From assembly GCF_009834535.1 (NCBI RefSeq), contig NC_045706.1:10416001-10480000 (forward strand): a stretch of 64,000 nucleotides of DNA, given 5' to 3'. Under the pieces are notes generated by a model. The model was not told the origin of the DNA. It saw only the letters and a list, made by a program, of their open reading frames with translations, and ran no database searches. A program made the position numbers and the translations under genes. This DNA is from Camelus ferus. Taxonomy: Eukaryota. The first letter of the stretch is position 1. Every line of letters begins with the position of its first letter. Positions 1-11,045 of the stretch are shown here, piece by piece.

Positions 1-714
1 TTCATTATTGAAATTATGCCATCAGCAAAACCAAACCATCTCTATTAAGGGAAGTTCATCTCTGTTAAGGGAAGTTTTAGTAACTTGGAATATGGATTAG
101 GGTCATCACTCCTGCTTTTACCCTAATTATTTTATCCTTTACATCCAAACAACACCACAGTTCATGTTATAATAGAAAAGCAAAATCAGACTGATTACGT
201 ATAGTCGCTGTTACATACTTGGATGTTCAAGGGTCAAAATTTGTTATTAAATGTTAAATACTTTTTTCAGCTTCAAGAGAATTCTCAGCTATGTTACAGT
301 TAATCTTCAAGGGGAATACCATCACCCAAGACCCACAAACAGAATTTTTTAAACGTGGGAAAATCTTATTCTTATGCTTCCAGAAAGAGTCATTGCCAAG
401 TTCTCACTGGGACCCTGAGGTTACCCTCCATGCCTGTCTCCATCATGCCCTCCGGAGCAGGGCATGCATTGGGCATTCATACACCCACCACATACTCATA
501 CACACAGAGCTGAATTTCTCTGGGCCTTCACCTTTTCTGCCTTCAGCTTTGATTAGAATCACAAGATTAGGAAAAGTGTACAAAAGAGAAAATCTATCCC
601 ACACCAATTCTTCCCACATCCCAAAGTCCTGGCCCTGGAGAAAGACCGTCTCTGTAAAAATGAATGAATGAGGCCAAGGCAGAGGAAATACCATAAGGTT
701 ATGCACACGCCACA

Positions 715-860
715 ACTCGTGAGCTGTGCAACCTCAGGCGAATGGCTTAACCTCTCTGTGTCTCAACTTCCTTACCTGTAAAACTTGCGTAATCACAGTA
801 CCCACCCTCACAGGGTTGTTGTGAAAACTGAATGAATGAATATACAAGCACTTTTAATAG
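715..860 (+). mobile_element. MIR SINE fragment
   Basis: MIR core: gagctgtgcaacctcaggcgaatggcttaacctctctgtgtctcaacttccttacctgtaaaa...cacagggttgttgtgaaaa. Confidence 0.75.
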
Positions 861-944
861 AGGAAGGAATGTAATACATGAACAGATAGATGATACACGG
901 ATTTTTTTTTTTTTTTTAACAGTTGGGAGAGTAGCAGAGATCAA

Positions 945-1070
945 TCAACCACTCAACAAGGATTGATTTAGCACCTAGGAAGAGGCAGGCTCTGGGCTTG
1001 TTGCCATGGATATGATCATAAATAGTCGAGTTTGGTTCTTACTCTCACAGAGCCCTCAGTGCAGTCATCC
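945..1070 (-). mobile_element. L2 LINE 3' end fragment
   Basis: tcaaccactcaacaaggattgatttagcaccta resembles the reverse complement of the L2 3' tail. Confidence 0.55.
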
Positions 1071-2084
1071 CAGACAACACAGGATCTCCGTGTAACTGAC
1101 ATGGTCAAATCATTGCTGTCTTGATGTGACTTGAGTCGGATATGTGCTGTTGGCTCAATTATCAGTGGAAAAAAAAAAACAAAAAACACAAGAGTAATAA
1201 TAGTAAGCTGGAGGCATTACAAAATGCTGCTGACTGGCCTTGAAAGCATTCCAACTGTAGGCATTATAGAACAAATAAACAACTTTGTAACAACTTTAAA
1301 AAGTGCATCAGTCATTTTTTTTTTAAAAAATTGCTCAACTTCTTCTCTATAGCAATCATTTTTCGTTGGTACCAGGATCAAAATTTGATCCCAATGTACT
1401 AAGTTAAATATTCTTAAATGATAGTAATATACCATTCCTACAAATCCAGCACAAACGGTACCCTATTCACGGCACTGTCTCAAGTGCTGCAGTTTCTAAA
1501 ATGTAAAAGTACAGACAGCCTTCATAAGGCCCCTTGGGGCCAGGATTAAATTAACTGGCTTCTTCCTTCCTGTTGTCTGTGTTAAATAAATGCTACTTCG
1601 ACCAGCCCCCAAAACCCATTCACAAGTCAGGATTAGTGCATAAGAATCACAAGCTCTAAGCCAGGCTCTGGAAGCTGGTCTTATTTTCAGCTGACAAAAA
1701 TTCACCATTGAAGAGAATCTTGTTGACAACTTACTTAAACTCTTAGGGACCAGTCCAGCAATGCAGAGATTCCAAAGGGAATGGCTACTGATATAAGAGT
1801 AAGTAACTTGGCATATTTGCTGCAAACAAAGCTTCAAGGCACATTTGCAACCTTATCCTCAGCAGAAGTGAGAAGGCTTAATTTCAAAATGTGGTGTGAT
1901 GACTTTAAAAAAAACCAGCCTCCTGGGTCCCTTCATTTGAGTTTACTCTACTGCACCAATCTCCCAACGAGCCAAAAGCGTATTTCTCAAGAATTACCCC
2001 TTTGGTTTCCAAATGTCTGCTAATAATAGTAAAAGGGGCTAATTATTGAGAAGTTACTATATTGCAGACAGATTTTTAATGATA

Positions 2085-2430
2085 TAACATTGTGTAAGTT
2101 TAAGGCATACAGTATGTTGATTTGATACATTTATATACTGCAATATGATCGCCATTGTCATATTAGCTAACATCTTTATCACATAATTATAACTTCTTCT
2201 TTGTGAAGGTAATAATTAAGATCTAGTCTCTCAGTGAGGTTGATGTTTACAATACAGTATTGTTGCTTATAATCACGATACCATGCATTAAATCTCCAGG
2301 ATTTATTTATCTTCCAGTTTCAAGTTTATACCCTTAAACAACATCTCTCCTGTTCCTCCTCCCCCAAATCCTTGGTAACCACCATTCTACTGTTTTTAAC
2401 AAGTTTGGCTTTTCAAATTCCACATACAAG
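2085..2430 (-). mobile_element. L1MA-type 3' end
   Basis: tataacattgtgtaagtttaaggcatacagtatgttgatttgatacatttatat...ggtaaccaccattctac is typical antisense L1MA 3' UTR. Confidence 0.75.
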
Positions 2431-2469
2431 TTTTGACATACGTATAAACTGACAGCATGATCAATGATA

Positions 2470-3250
2470 ATGTCTTTTAATTATTGTGTCTAGTATGTCT
2501 CCTAACACTAAATGTGATTACTGATATGGTTTGGTTTAAAACTCTCTCCTTGCTATTAGTCTTCTGTATTATTTGTTCTTTGTTCCATTTTTTTCTGCCT
2601 TCTTTGGGACTAATGGGGTATTTTTATGGCTCCGTTTTTATCTCCTTTGCTGAATTTTTAGCTGTAACTCTTTGGGCGTTATTCAGGGGATACTTTTAGG
2701 GATCTAGAGTATACATCTTTATCTTACCACAGTCTACATTCTGCATTCAAGCAATATTATACCACTTCTTATATAAGGACCTCCTATTAGTTTATTTCCA
2801 TTATGGCATTTGCACTGTTGTCGTTTAATTCTACATGTTATAAACACCACAAAACATAGCTGTTAACTTTCACTTTAAACAATTATTTTCTAAAGAGACT
2901 TTATTATTTTTAAAATGCCTTATACTTACCCATGTAGTAACTACTTTTCGTGCTCTTCATTATTTTGTGTAGATACAGATTTTCCTCTTGTAGCACGTTC
3001 CTTCTGCCCGTTGGACTTCTGGAACATTTCTCGTAGTGCAGGTCTACTACTGATTACTTCTTTCAGCGATCTCAAAAAGTCTTTATTTCACACTTTCATT
3101 TCTGAAGAATGGTTTCACTGGGTATACAATTGGAGGTTGGTGGTTTTTATCTCAGTACTTTCAAGATTATTTCACTGTCTTCTGGTTTGTATCATTTCCA
3201 ACAAGAAATTTGCTATCATCCTTCACTCTGTCCCCTCTGTATGTAATAAG
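2470..3250 (-). mobile_element. Old L1M fragment (L1MC/MD-like)
   Basis: T-rich antisense L1 motifs such as aatgtgattactgatatggtttggtttaaa, ctggaacatttctcgtagtgcaggtctac and tttcactgggtatacaatt. Confidence 0.7.
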
Positions 3251-3329
3251 TATATTTTAAAAGGTGTTCCTTCACAGAAAATTATTTTAAAATACAAAAC
3301 CATAAAATATTATTTTCCTATTATATTTG

Positions 3330-3720
3330 CAAAGATCTAAAGTGTTGATAATATCCAGTTGTGTGGACATAAGCACTTCTGCCACTGTTTGTGGGAGTAT
3401 AATTTGATTCAGTGTTTTGGAAGATAATTCTACACAATCTACTAAAATCAAAAAATGTCAGAACCTTTCAGTTTTTCTACTAGGATTTTTCTCTAGAGGT
3501 ATATTCAACAGCTGTGCAAGTGTACAGGAATGCTCAGTGCAGCATTATCTAAGCTCAAACTTTCAAAAACACAAATGATCATAAATAGGAGACTTAAAGG
3601 ACATATATGAATTTATACGTCAATGAAACCTACCCAATAAAGCAAATTGACAATACTTATTAGCACAAAAATATGTATTAGTAAAGATTTTTTGAGTATA
3701 AGTGGCAAGAAACACAATTT
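3330..3720 (+). mobile_element. L1ME-type 3' fragment
   Basis: gcacttctgccactgtttgtgggagtataatttg...tttctactaggattttt...atgctcagtgcagcattat follows the L1 ORF2 end and 3' UTR. Confidence 0.55.
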
Positions 3721-4133
3721 AAACAGTTTAGGGGGGAAAAAAAGTTATGGGCTCTTAGAATCCAAGGAAAAGGAAGGCGACTGAACAACCCAACTTAATA
3801 AAAACAACTGGAAAGAAAATAGAAAGAAAAAAAAAGTTGGAGGGCTCTGTACCAAACTATATAAAAGATTATCTCTGAGGTTTGGGACTGTGGAGAACTC
3901 TCACTTTCTCCTCTACACGTTTCTCTAGGGTTTCAACTTTAATATAAGGAGAAAAAATCATATACTTCAAGATAAATCTTCATAGAAATCCAAAATCTTC
4001 TCATCATCAAGCTCTGTGTGTGAATTTTTTGTATTTGCAATAAAACATTGAAAATATTTAATTTTTAATATTCCAATCTAAAGAAAAACATGGAAATATT
4101 TTCTTTAAACTCTTCTGGAGTCTGGAATCTATT

Positions 4134-4769
4134 TTTTTAATTGAAGTATAGTCAGTTTACAATGTTGTGTCAATTTCTGGTGTAGAGCACAATGCTTCAG
4201 TCATATATGAATATACATATATTCATTTTCGTATTCTTTTTTACCATAAGCTACTACAAGATATCAAATATGGTTCCCTGTGCTATACTGTATAAACTTG
4301 TTTATCTATTTTATACATACCAGTCAGTATCTGCAAATCTCAAACTCCCAGTTTATCCCTTTCCACACCCTTCCCTCCTGGTAACCATAAGTTTGTTTTC
4401 TATGTCTGTGAGTCTGTTTCTGTTTTGTAAATATGTTCATCTTTTTTTTTTTTTTTTTTAGATTCCACATGAGTGATATCATATGGTATTTTTCTTTTTC
4501 TTTCTGGCTTACTTCACTTAGAATGACATTCTCCAGGGCCATCCATGTTGCTGCAAATGGCATTATTTTATTATTTTTTATGGCTGAGTAGTATTCCATT
4601 GTATAAATATACCACAACGTCTTTATTCAGTCGTCTCTCGATGAACATTTAGGTTGTTTCCACATCTTGGCTGTTGTAAATAGTTCTGCTCTGAACACTG
4701 GGGTGCATGTGTCTTTTTGAATTAAGGTTCCCTCTGGATATATGCCCAGGAATGGGATTGCTGGATCTT
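4134..4769 (-). mobile_element. Young lineage-specific L1 3' end (camelid-type)
   Basis: ttttttaattgaagtatagtcagtttacaatgttgtgtc...tagattccacatgagtgatatcatatgg; the minus-strand ORF 4324-4617 (WYIYTMEYYSAIKNNKIMPFAATWMALE) matches the L1 ORF2 C-terminus. Confidence 0.9.
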
Positions 4770-4904
4770 NNNNNNNNNNNNNNNNNNNNNNNNNNNNNNN
4801 NNNNNNNNNNNNNNNNNNNNNNNNNNNNNNNNNNNNNNNNNNNNNNNNNNNNNNNNNNNNNNNNNNNNNNNNNNNNNNNNNNNNNNNNNNNNNNNNNNNN
4901 NNNN
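4770..4904. other. Assembly gap (135 N) adjoining the young L1
   Basis: Run of N in the sequence. Confidence 0.99.
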
Positions 4905-5399
4905 TTTAAATGTACCAGCTTGACAACCCAGGCCCTGCCCTCCTTTACACAAAATATTTACAAGCATAGCTATTTGCCAAACTGCCTCTGGAGACTTTAA
5001 GCCAAAAAAAACCCCACCCCCATCTTGTTCTAAATGCCTCATCAACACTTTACAGACAAGAAGGAATATGTGCCCTCCTGCATCCCCTACCCACAGAGTG
5101 GGACATTTCCAACAGAACGTGTGGAGCGTGACAAGTCCTCCCTGAGGTCATGCTAGACACACAGCGTACGGGCAGAGAACACAACCTCCAGTACAGCGGT
5201 GCCCACGGGGCCACTCCATCCATGCCCTACACACTCCATCACAGCAAAGATGAGCCACAACTTAAATTTTTAAATTACACCACATAGACCCAAGCAAATG
5301 AAAATGGCACAGAGTTTCTTCAGGCCATTCAGCTGAGTATGTGAATAGCAGTCTCTGAGCTTTCTAGGTTCTACTGGGTTTTTTTTTTTTTTTGCTCTT

Positions 5400-6540
5400 T
5401 CATGTTTATCCATCTTTCAGATCTTCCTAGCCCTCACCCACTCCACCAGACTATTTGAATTAGAGGTATCAAGATAAACCCCTGAGTTAAAATATACGTT
5501 TTGATCTGGTCTGTCCACTGAAAGGGTCTAGGACCAAAGACATACCCCAGTAGCAATAAGCACACCTAGTGTCCAGTTCTTGTTCCAAATATCATTTTCC
5601 AGTAACAGGAACCAGGGCTCCTTGGAGAAATGACCGATTCCAGATCTGGGGCAGTATAAGATGAGCCTGGACCACTTTGTTGGCGAAAAAACAAAAAAAA
5701 AACAAGAAAGTGTTCAAAGGATGACAGGACATGTCAAAAGAATACTGCAGTCAGCTTGAAGGAGCTCCACTGGCCAAGTCTGAAACAAATCGAGCGTCAA
5801 AAATAATGACATGTTGATTTAAAAGTAAACCCATTAATCCACAATGCTACTTAACAAGTGAGGGAGCTCCTCTTTATAGAGAAGTGTCAGCTAATAAATG
5901 TAAAAGGATAGAATCAGAAAAATCACTGTTTTTCCACCACCAGTGTAATACTTGATGCAGGCAAAGAGCATCTGGGGATGCTGAAATCCTTGAGTAAAAT
6001 TCACTGGGTGAAAGCTTTTTGAGGGCAGGGTATTCACACAGTGTCCAAGCATCACTCCACAGATTACGAATTGCACAGGGAAGTGGTACCATTACAGTGG
6101 AGTCATCTTTCAAAGCACACGAGAACTGAGATCCAGCGTCATCAATGGGGCAAACCGCTGGCATGTCGCCCCTTGATGGGGTACAACAGGAAGGCCACCA
6201 CGCCACCTGCATGGTATTCTTGGAACAAAATGCTTAATTTGATCTGATCATAAAGAAACAGACACATCCAGACAGCAGAACATCCTACAAGTCACCCAGT
6301 CAAGACTTTCCAAGCACTGATGTCACGAAAGACAGGCGAACTGTTCTAGATTAAAGGAAACTAGGAAGACATAATAAATAAATGCCACATATGGAAAAAA
6401 AATCAGCTCTAAAGAACATTATTAGGTAACTAAGACTATGGGTATTACATTAGATGATATTTTTGCGGGTATTTTAAATTTCTTGGATACAATCGTTGTA
6501 TTGTGATCACGTAGAAAAGTGTTCTGGATCACATTAAAAT
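5400..6540 (+). mobile_element. L1MC4-like 3' region
   Basis: ccttggagaaatgaccgattccagatctggggcag...gatgagcctgg...ggagctccactggccaag, followed by a ctgatcataaagaaacagac...cagaacatcctacaa segment. Confidence 0.7.
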
Positions 6541-6979
6541 ATTTTTCAAAATGCGAACAGGGGAAAAGGGACTACTTAGTATCTCCCTAAAAGTCCTACT
6601 GATAAAACCTAAACAGATAATACCAACTGATATTGAACTAGCCAAAAACTACTGTCAACTTCTAGCCTATTTAAATATTATTGTCAAGATTTCTAACTAG
6701 CATCACTTCTCATCCCTCATTTTCTGATTTCTGTCCTATCTCCTCTGTGGCGCAGGAACATGTCTTCTCTTTTGTACCCTCCATGACCTCTAAAACCATA
6801 CACCTCACTAGCTCAAAAACATTACATTCTTACATTCTTACTGAAGGAACAGGTGACTCATAAAATTTGTGTATTTTCTCAAGTTCTTTGCCAGCAATAG
6901 TCAAGCCACCTAGCCATGACACCCCTAACAGGTTAGGGCATCATAACCACTTCTCTCTCATGAGGACCAAAGACTGAGG

Positions 6980-7230
6980 CTTAATTCATCCATTCAGAAA
7001 CATCCATCTAATGCCAATTATGTACCAAGTACCATACTAGTGTCCTGGGGAAATAAGGGCAAAAAGACACAATCTCTGTTCTCAAGGACTCAGTATAGAG
7101 GGAGAGGCAAATAGACAGGTCATTATAATACAAAATGAGGCATGCCACAGTAAGAGTAAACACCGATGCTAAGAGGCACATAACCTATAACTGAAGAGGG
7201 CTGGACTTCTGCTGCAGAAGGAATGATACT
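6980..7230 (-). mobile_element. L2 fragment
   Basis: attcatccattcagaaacatccatctaatgccaattatgtaccaagtacc...ctctgttctcaaggactcagtatag. Confidence 0.55.
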
Positions 7231-8379
7231 TACAATGACCATTATCAGCTGAGTGTCATGATAATCACAAGATAAACCCAAGGTTTATCTAACCAAGGTT
7301 GCCCTGAAATACCCAAGACTATGGTTAAACTGCTTCCTCTGGCCACACCGTATCTGGCTAGCACTGAGCCTCCACAAACAAGGCAGCCTGAAGCTCTGCT
7401 TATCCCTCAAAACATCCATATATTCTCACTCCTGATTTGCAGGGGAGTTTGTCAAGGATCTTCAATGCAGATGCGGAAATCCATCAGTTTCCCCAAAGAC
7501 GCTGTGTATAACAGCTGTGATGAAACGGCCCTCATGGCATGAAGCGGGCACGGTTTATCATCTTCTCTCTGCTATCAAAATAATTGCACAGTACACAGCC
7601 TTGTTATTAAGAGCTGGGCACCACCATGGAAAACATGTTGAAAAACACCTGCACTGGCAAAGAGGAGTTGACCCAATTATTTCCTCCATCTCTAATTCTG
7701 GATGGGATATTAAGAGTAACTGAAAAGAACACATTGGCAAGAAATGGAGATAATTCAGCTTGGGGGAAAATCTTTAAGTATTATTTAATTATACTTTTAC
7801 ACACCCTTTCTTTCCCCATGAGAAATGCCAGGGGTGAAAACATGTTATCCAGAGCCTTTCACCCCTCCTCACCCTAACCCCAACAATTTCCCCCTCACAT
7901 CTGATTTGAAATTTTTAAAATTCTAATCTAGAGCTCTTTGAAAGATAATGATGGGACTGAGATCCTGCCAAGCACGCAGGATGGGATGCAGTGCACTGTG
8001 ACTGGAACAGATGGCTCCAACAGAAGCCACCAATTCAATGTGACAGCCCAAGAAGAAACTGCTCTCTTTAAGTCTTCAGCAGTTCTGTGGCCCAATCCTT
8101 ATTATAACGTCTTCAGAAACACAAAGAGACTTGGGTCTACATAAGCGCCAACAAGGTTCTTTTCAAATAACATATGAACTTGAACAAGATTCGAATCAGA
8201 AGAGGACACCAGGTCATCTGTTCTGTTCATTCCCAGACCTAGCAACACAAAGAATTACTCTAGAGCTCTAAAACATCCTTGTAAATTCCAAACTGAGGAG
8301 TGCAATATATTTAAACAGCCAAGCACCCTGCACAGATCATTTACGCATTTTGTCATTTTTCCAGTTTTTATCTGGATTT

Positions 8380-9330
8380 TTTTTACATGAAAAGTCACTA
8401 CCAATACATTTCAACTGTGCTTTGTATCCCTCCTCAGTCTCACTCCCTGTTTCTCTCCCAAGACAGCTATTATCTTGAAGATAATGTCTTCCCTTCCTGT
8501 ATGTGTTTTTACAGTTTTTGCATATATGTGTCTATAAACATCTTGTTATTGTTTTAAAATATAAATAATGTAGTACTGTACTTATTCTGTAACTGGGATT
8601 TTTCACTCAATGTTTAATTTTAGATTTGTCCACGTTGATACATAAAGATGCATTTCATTCATTTTCATTGCAGTAATCATATTTTTGATGTATCTCTTTT
8701 AAGCAGTATCTTTTTTTTTAACTTCATATCTTTGAGTCTTTGAATCAAGAATTTTAATCTATTTACATTTGTTGTAAATATTAATATAACTAACTTATAC
8801 CTGCAATCTTATTTAGGTGTTTAATTCACCATGGTTTTTCTTTGCTGCTTTGTCTTTATTATTTTTGAGTTTTATTTCTTCTTCCCACATACTGGTTTAG
8901 AAGTCATGCTTTCAATTTTTATTCCTCCAGTAGTTACTAAGTTTTCGATAAACAATTAAACACATCCAAAGTTAGTAAGTAACCATATCCTATTCACCAT
9001 TAATACAAAGTTAGAATGTTTTAACTGCAAACTCCCAGGACAGTTCTGTATTTGTTGCCACTATCTGCTCTTAGATTTCCCTTGTTGTAAAATCCCCACA
9101 AGCTGGTCTCTTCCAAGCCAACTCAAATTTAGATTTGCCAACATTCTTACCAATTTCTCTGTCATGTGTTCCTTGCCTCTTTCTCTTTCCATCTGGATTG
9201 TGCTTCAGCAAGAGGGAAGTACCTGTTAGACATTCCTTGGAGCAGGGTCTGTGAGCAACAAACTCTTGGGCTTTGAATCCTTTATTTCATCATCTCTCCT
9301 GAAGAGTAGTTTGAATATAAAATTCTAGGT
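8380..9330 (-). mobile_element. Old L1M fragment
   Basis: tttagatttgtccacgttgatacataaagatgcatttcattcattttcattgcag...catctctcctgaagagtagtttgaatataaaattctaggttg. Confidence 0.6.
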
Positions 9331-9335
9331 TGAGT

Positions 9336-9795
9336 TTGCTGGGGAGGGTGTGGAGAAAAGGGAACCCTGCTATACTGTTGGCTGGAGTGTAGATTGGTGC
9401 CCACTATGGAGGACAGTATGGAGGTTCCTTAAAAAACTGAAAATAGACTTACCACATGATCAGCAATCCCACTCCTGGGCATATATCCAAAGAAAAATAA
9501 AATTCAAAAAGACACATGCACCNNNNNNNNNNNNNNNNNNNNNNNNNNNNNNNNNNNNNNNNNNNNNNNNNNNNNNNNNNNNNNNNNNNNNNNNNNNNNN
9601 NNNNNNNNNNNNNNNNNNNNNNNNNNNNNNNNNNNNNNNNNNNNNNNNNNNNNNNNNNNNNNNNNNNNNNNNNNNNNNNNNNNNNNNNNNNNNNNNNNNN
9701 NNNTAAGTGAAGTGGGCCAGAAAGAGAAAGAAAAATGCCATATAACATCATTTATATGAGGAATCTAAAAAAAAAAATAATGACACAAATGAACT
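9336..9795 (+). mobile_element. Young lineage-specific L1 fragment (ORF2 end and 3' UTR)
   Basis: ORF 9350 reads EKREPCYTVGWSVDWCPLWRTVWRFLKKLKIDLPHD, matching the L1 ORF2 C-terminus; after the gap, taagtgaagtgggccagaaagag...gaatctaaaaaaa. Confidence 0.9.
9523..9703. other. Assembly gap (181 N) inside the young L1
   Basis: Run of N in the sequence. Confidence 0.99.
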
Positions 9796-10608
9796 AATTA
9801 TTATTTTGATTTCTTGAATATGTGTAAGCACATTTGACTGTCCTTTATGATTGGATTACTGCATTCGGCGTTGATTCTTATTTTGTAGTTGGCTTTATTC
9901 CTTTGATAACTTTTTAACTATTCAGTTTAAAAAACTGAAGATCTGTTCTTAGAAACAATAATTAGTACATATATATAAACTAAAAAAAATGTGCAGTATA
10001 CTGTATGTATGTACTTAAATGTAATCTAATGTGTATGTAAAGTTGAACTGTAATAATTCTACCTAATAAAACTGAAAAAAGAGAAAAAATAAAATAGAAT
10101 TCTAGCTTTACTACCATGGCTTCATATAAATATCAGAATAAAACCTGAGATTATAAAGAAATTAGATTTCGTATTTAGGGAGACAAACCAAGTAACCTTT
10201 TGTAAATTGCAAATAAATTTTCTCAGGCTATGCATACCTCTTCCCTAAGTGTAATGATTCTATTCCATTTTGAAAACATTTGTGCAAGTTTTCAAGAACA
10301 TTTAAAGTCGTATTCTGCCTATGATCCTCTTCAGCTTCATCCCTTTCCACTACCTGACTCCGGCTTCTGCTGTATTGAATGACTGGCAGACCCCTGAACA
10401 CATCACTCTTTAACACTTTGGGGCTTTTCCCCTCAGTGGCTGTGGCCAGAGCACTTCACTTCAGCCTTACACTATCTCATCGCATTTCTCCCACCACCTC
10501 GACACATACACGGACACTTCATTACCCAGCACCTCCCTATCCATCCTTCAAAACAACCTACAAATTTCTACAAATGCACATCTCATAGCACTTTTCACAC
10601 TCTGCTAC

Positions 10609-11045
10609 TATAATAGGGAAGAACAACTCTGACTCCACATTGGATCTATTCCTTTAGCTCTAACCCTGTGCTAGTTTTCTGTGCTTAGTCATGCTGGTTC
10701 TGCACTTTTTTTTTTTTTTTTTTTTTTTTTTGTAAAAGATGTTGCCTATAGCCTGACATATACAGGGCAGCCCATTCTCAAGGCTCTGACCTTTAGAGGT
10801 ATAACACTTTCCCATTCATATAGAGATAAAATAGTTGCAGAACAGAGACTGACATTTGTCTTGTTGGACGTTTACAAGAACATCATGACCTGACCTACGT
10901 GGACAGCTGCAAGAACAAAGGATTCCAACACCAAGAAGTTTGCAACAACCATCCACACTCCCTACCCTTTTTGGTATAAAAGGAGCCTGAATTCTGACTT
11001 GGGTAAGAGGTTCTCCAAAGACAGCACTTTGGACAAGACGCCACA
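10609..11045 (+). mobile_element. ERV1-type LTR, 3' part deleted, with a poly-T expansion
   Basis: Colinear with the solo LTR at 57875-58394 (cttagtcatgctggttctgcac, cagcccattctcaaggct, gaacaaaggattcca, gtataaaa-gagcctgaattct); similarity breaks down after about 11015. Confidence 0.8.

Noticed and set aside
1691-1798. Plus-strand 108-nt exon-like segment (ttattttcag...AGA|gtaagt)
   Set aside because: Stops in all three frames and no partner exons identified; probably a pseudo-exon.
8070-8115. Possible last exon RYNKDWATELLKT* on the minus strand
   Set aside because: Only a modest acceptor, peptide not recognised, and no linked upstream exon.
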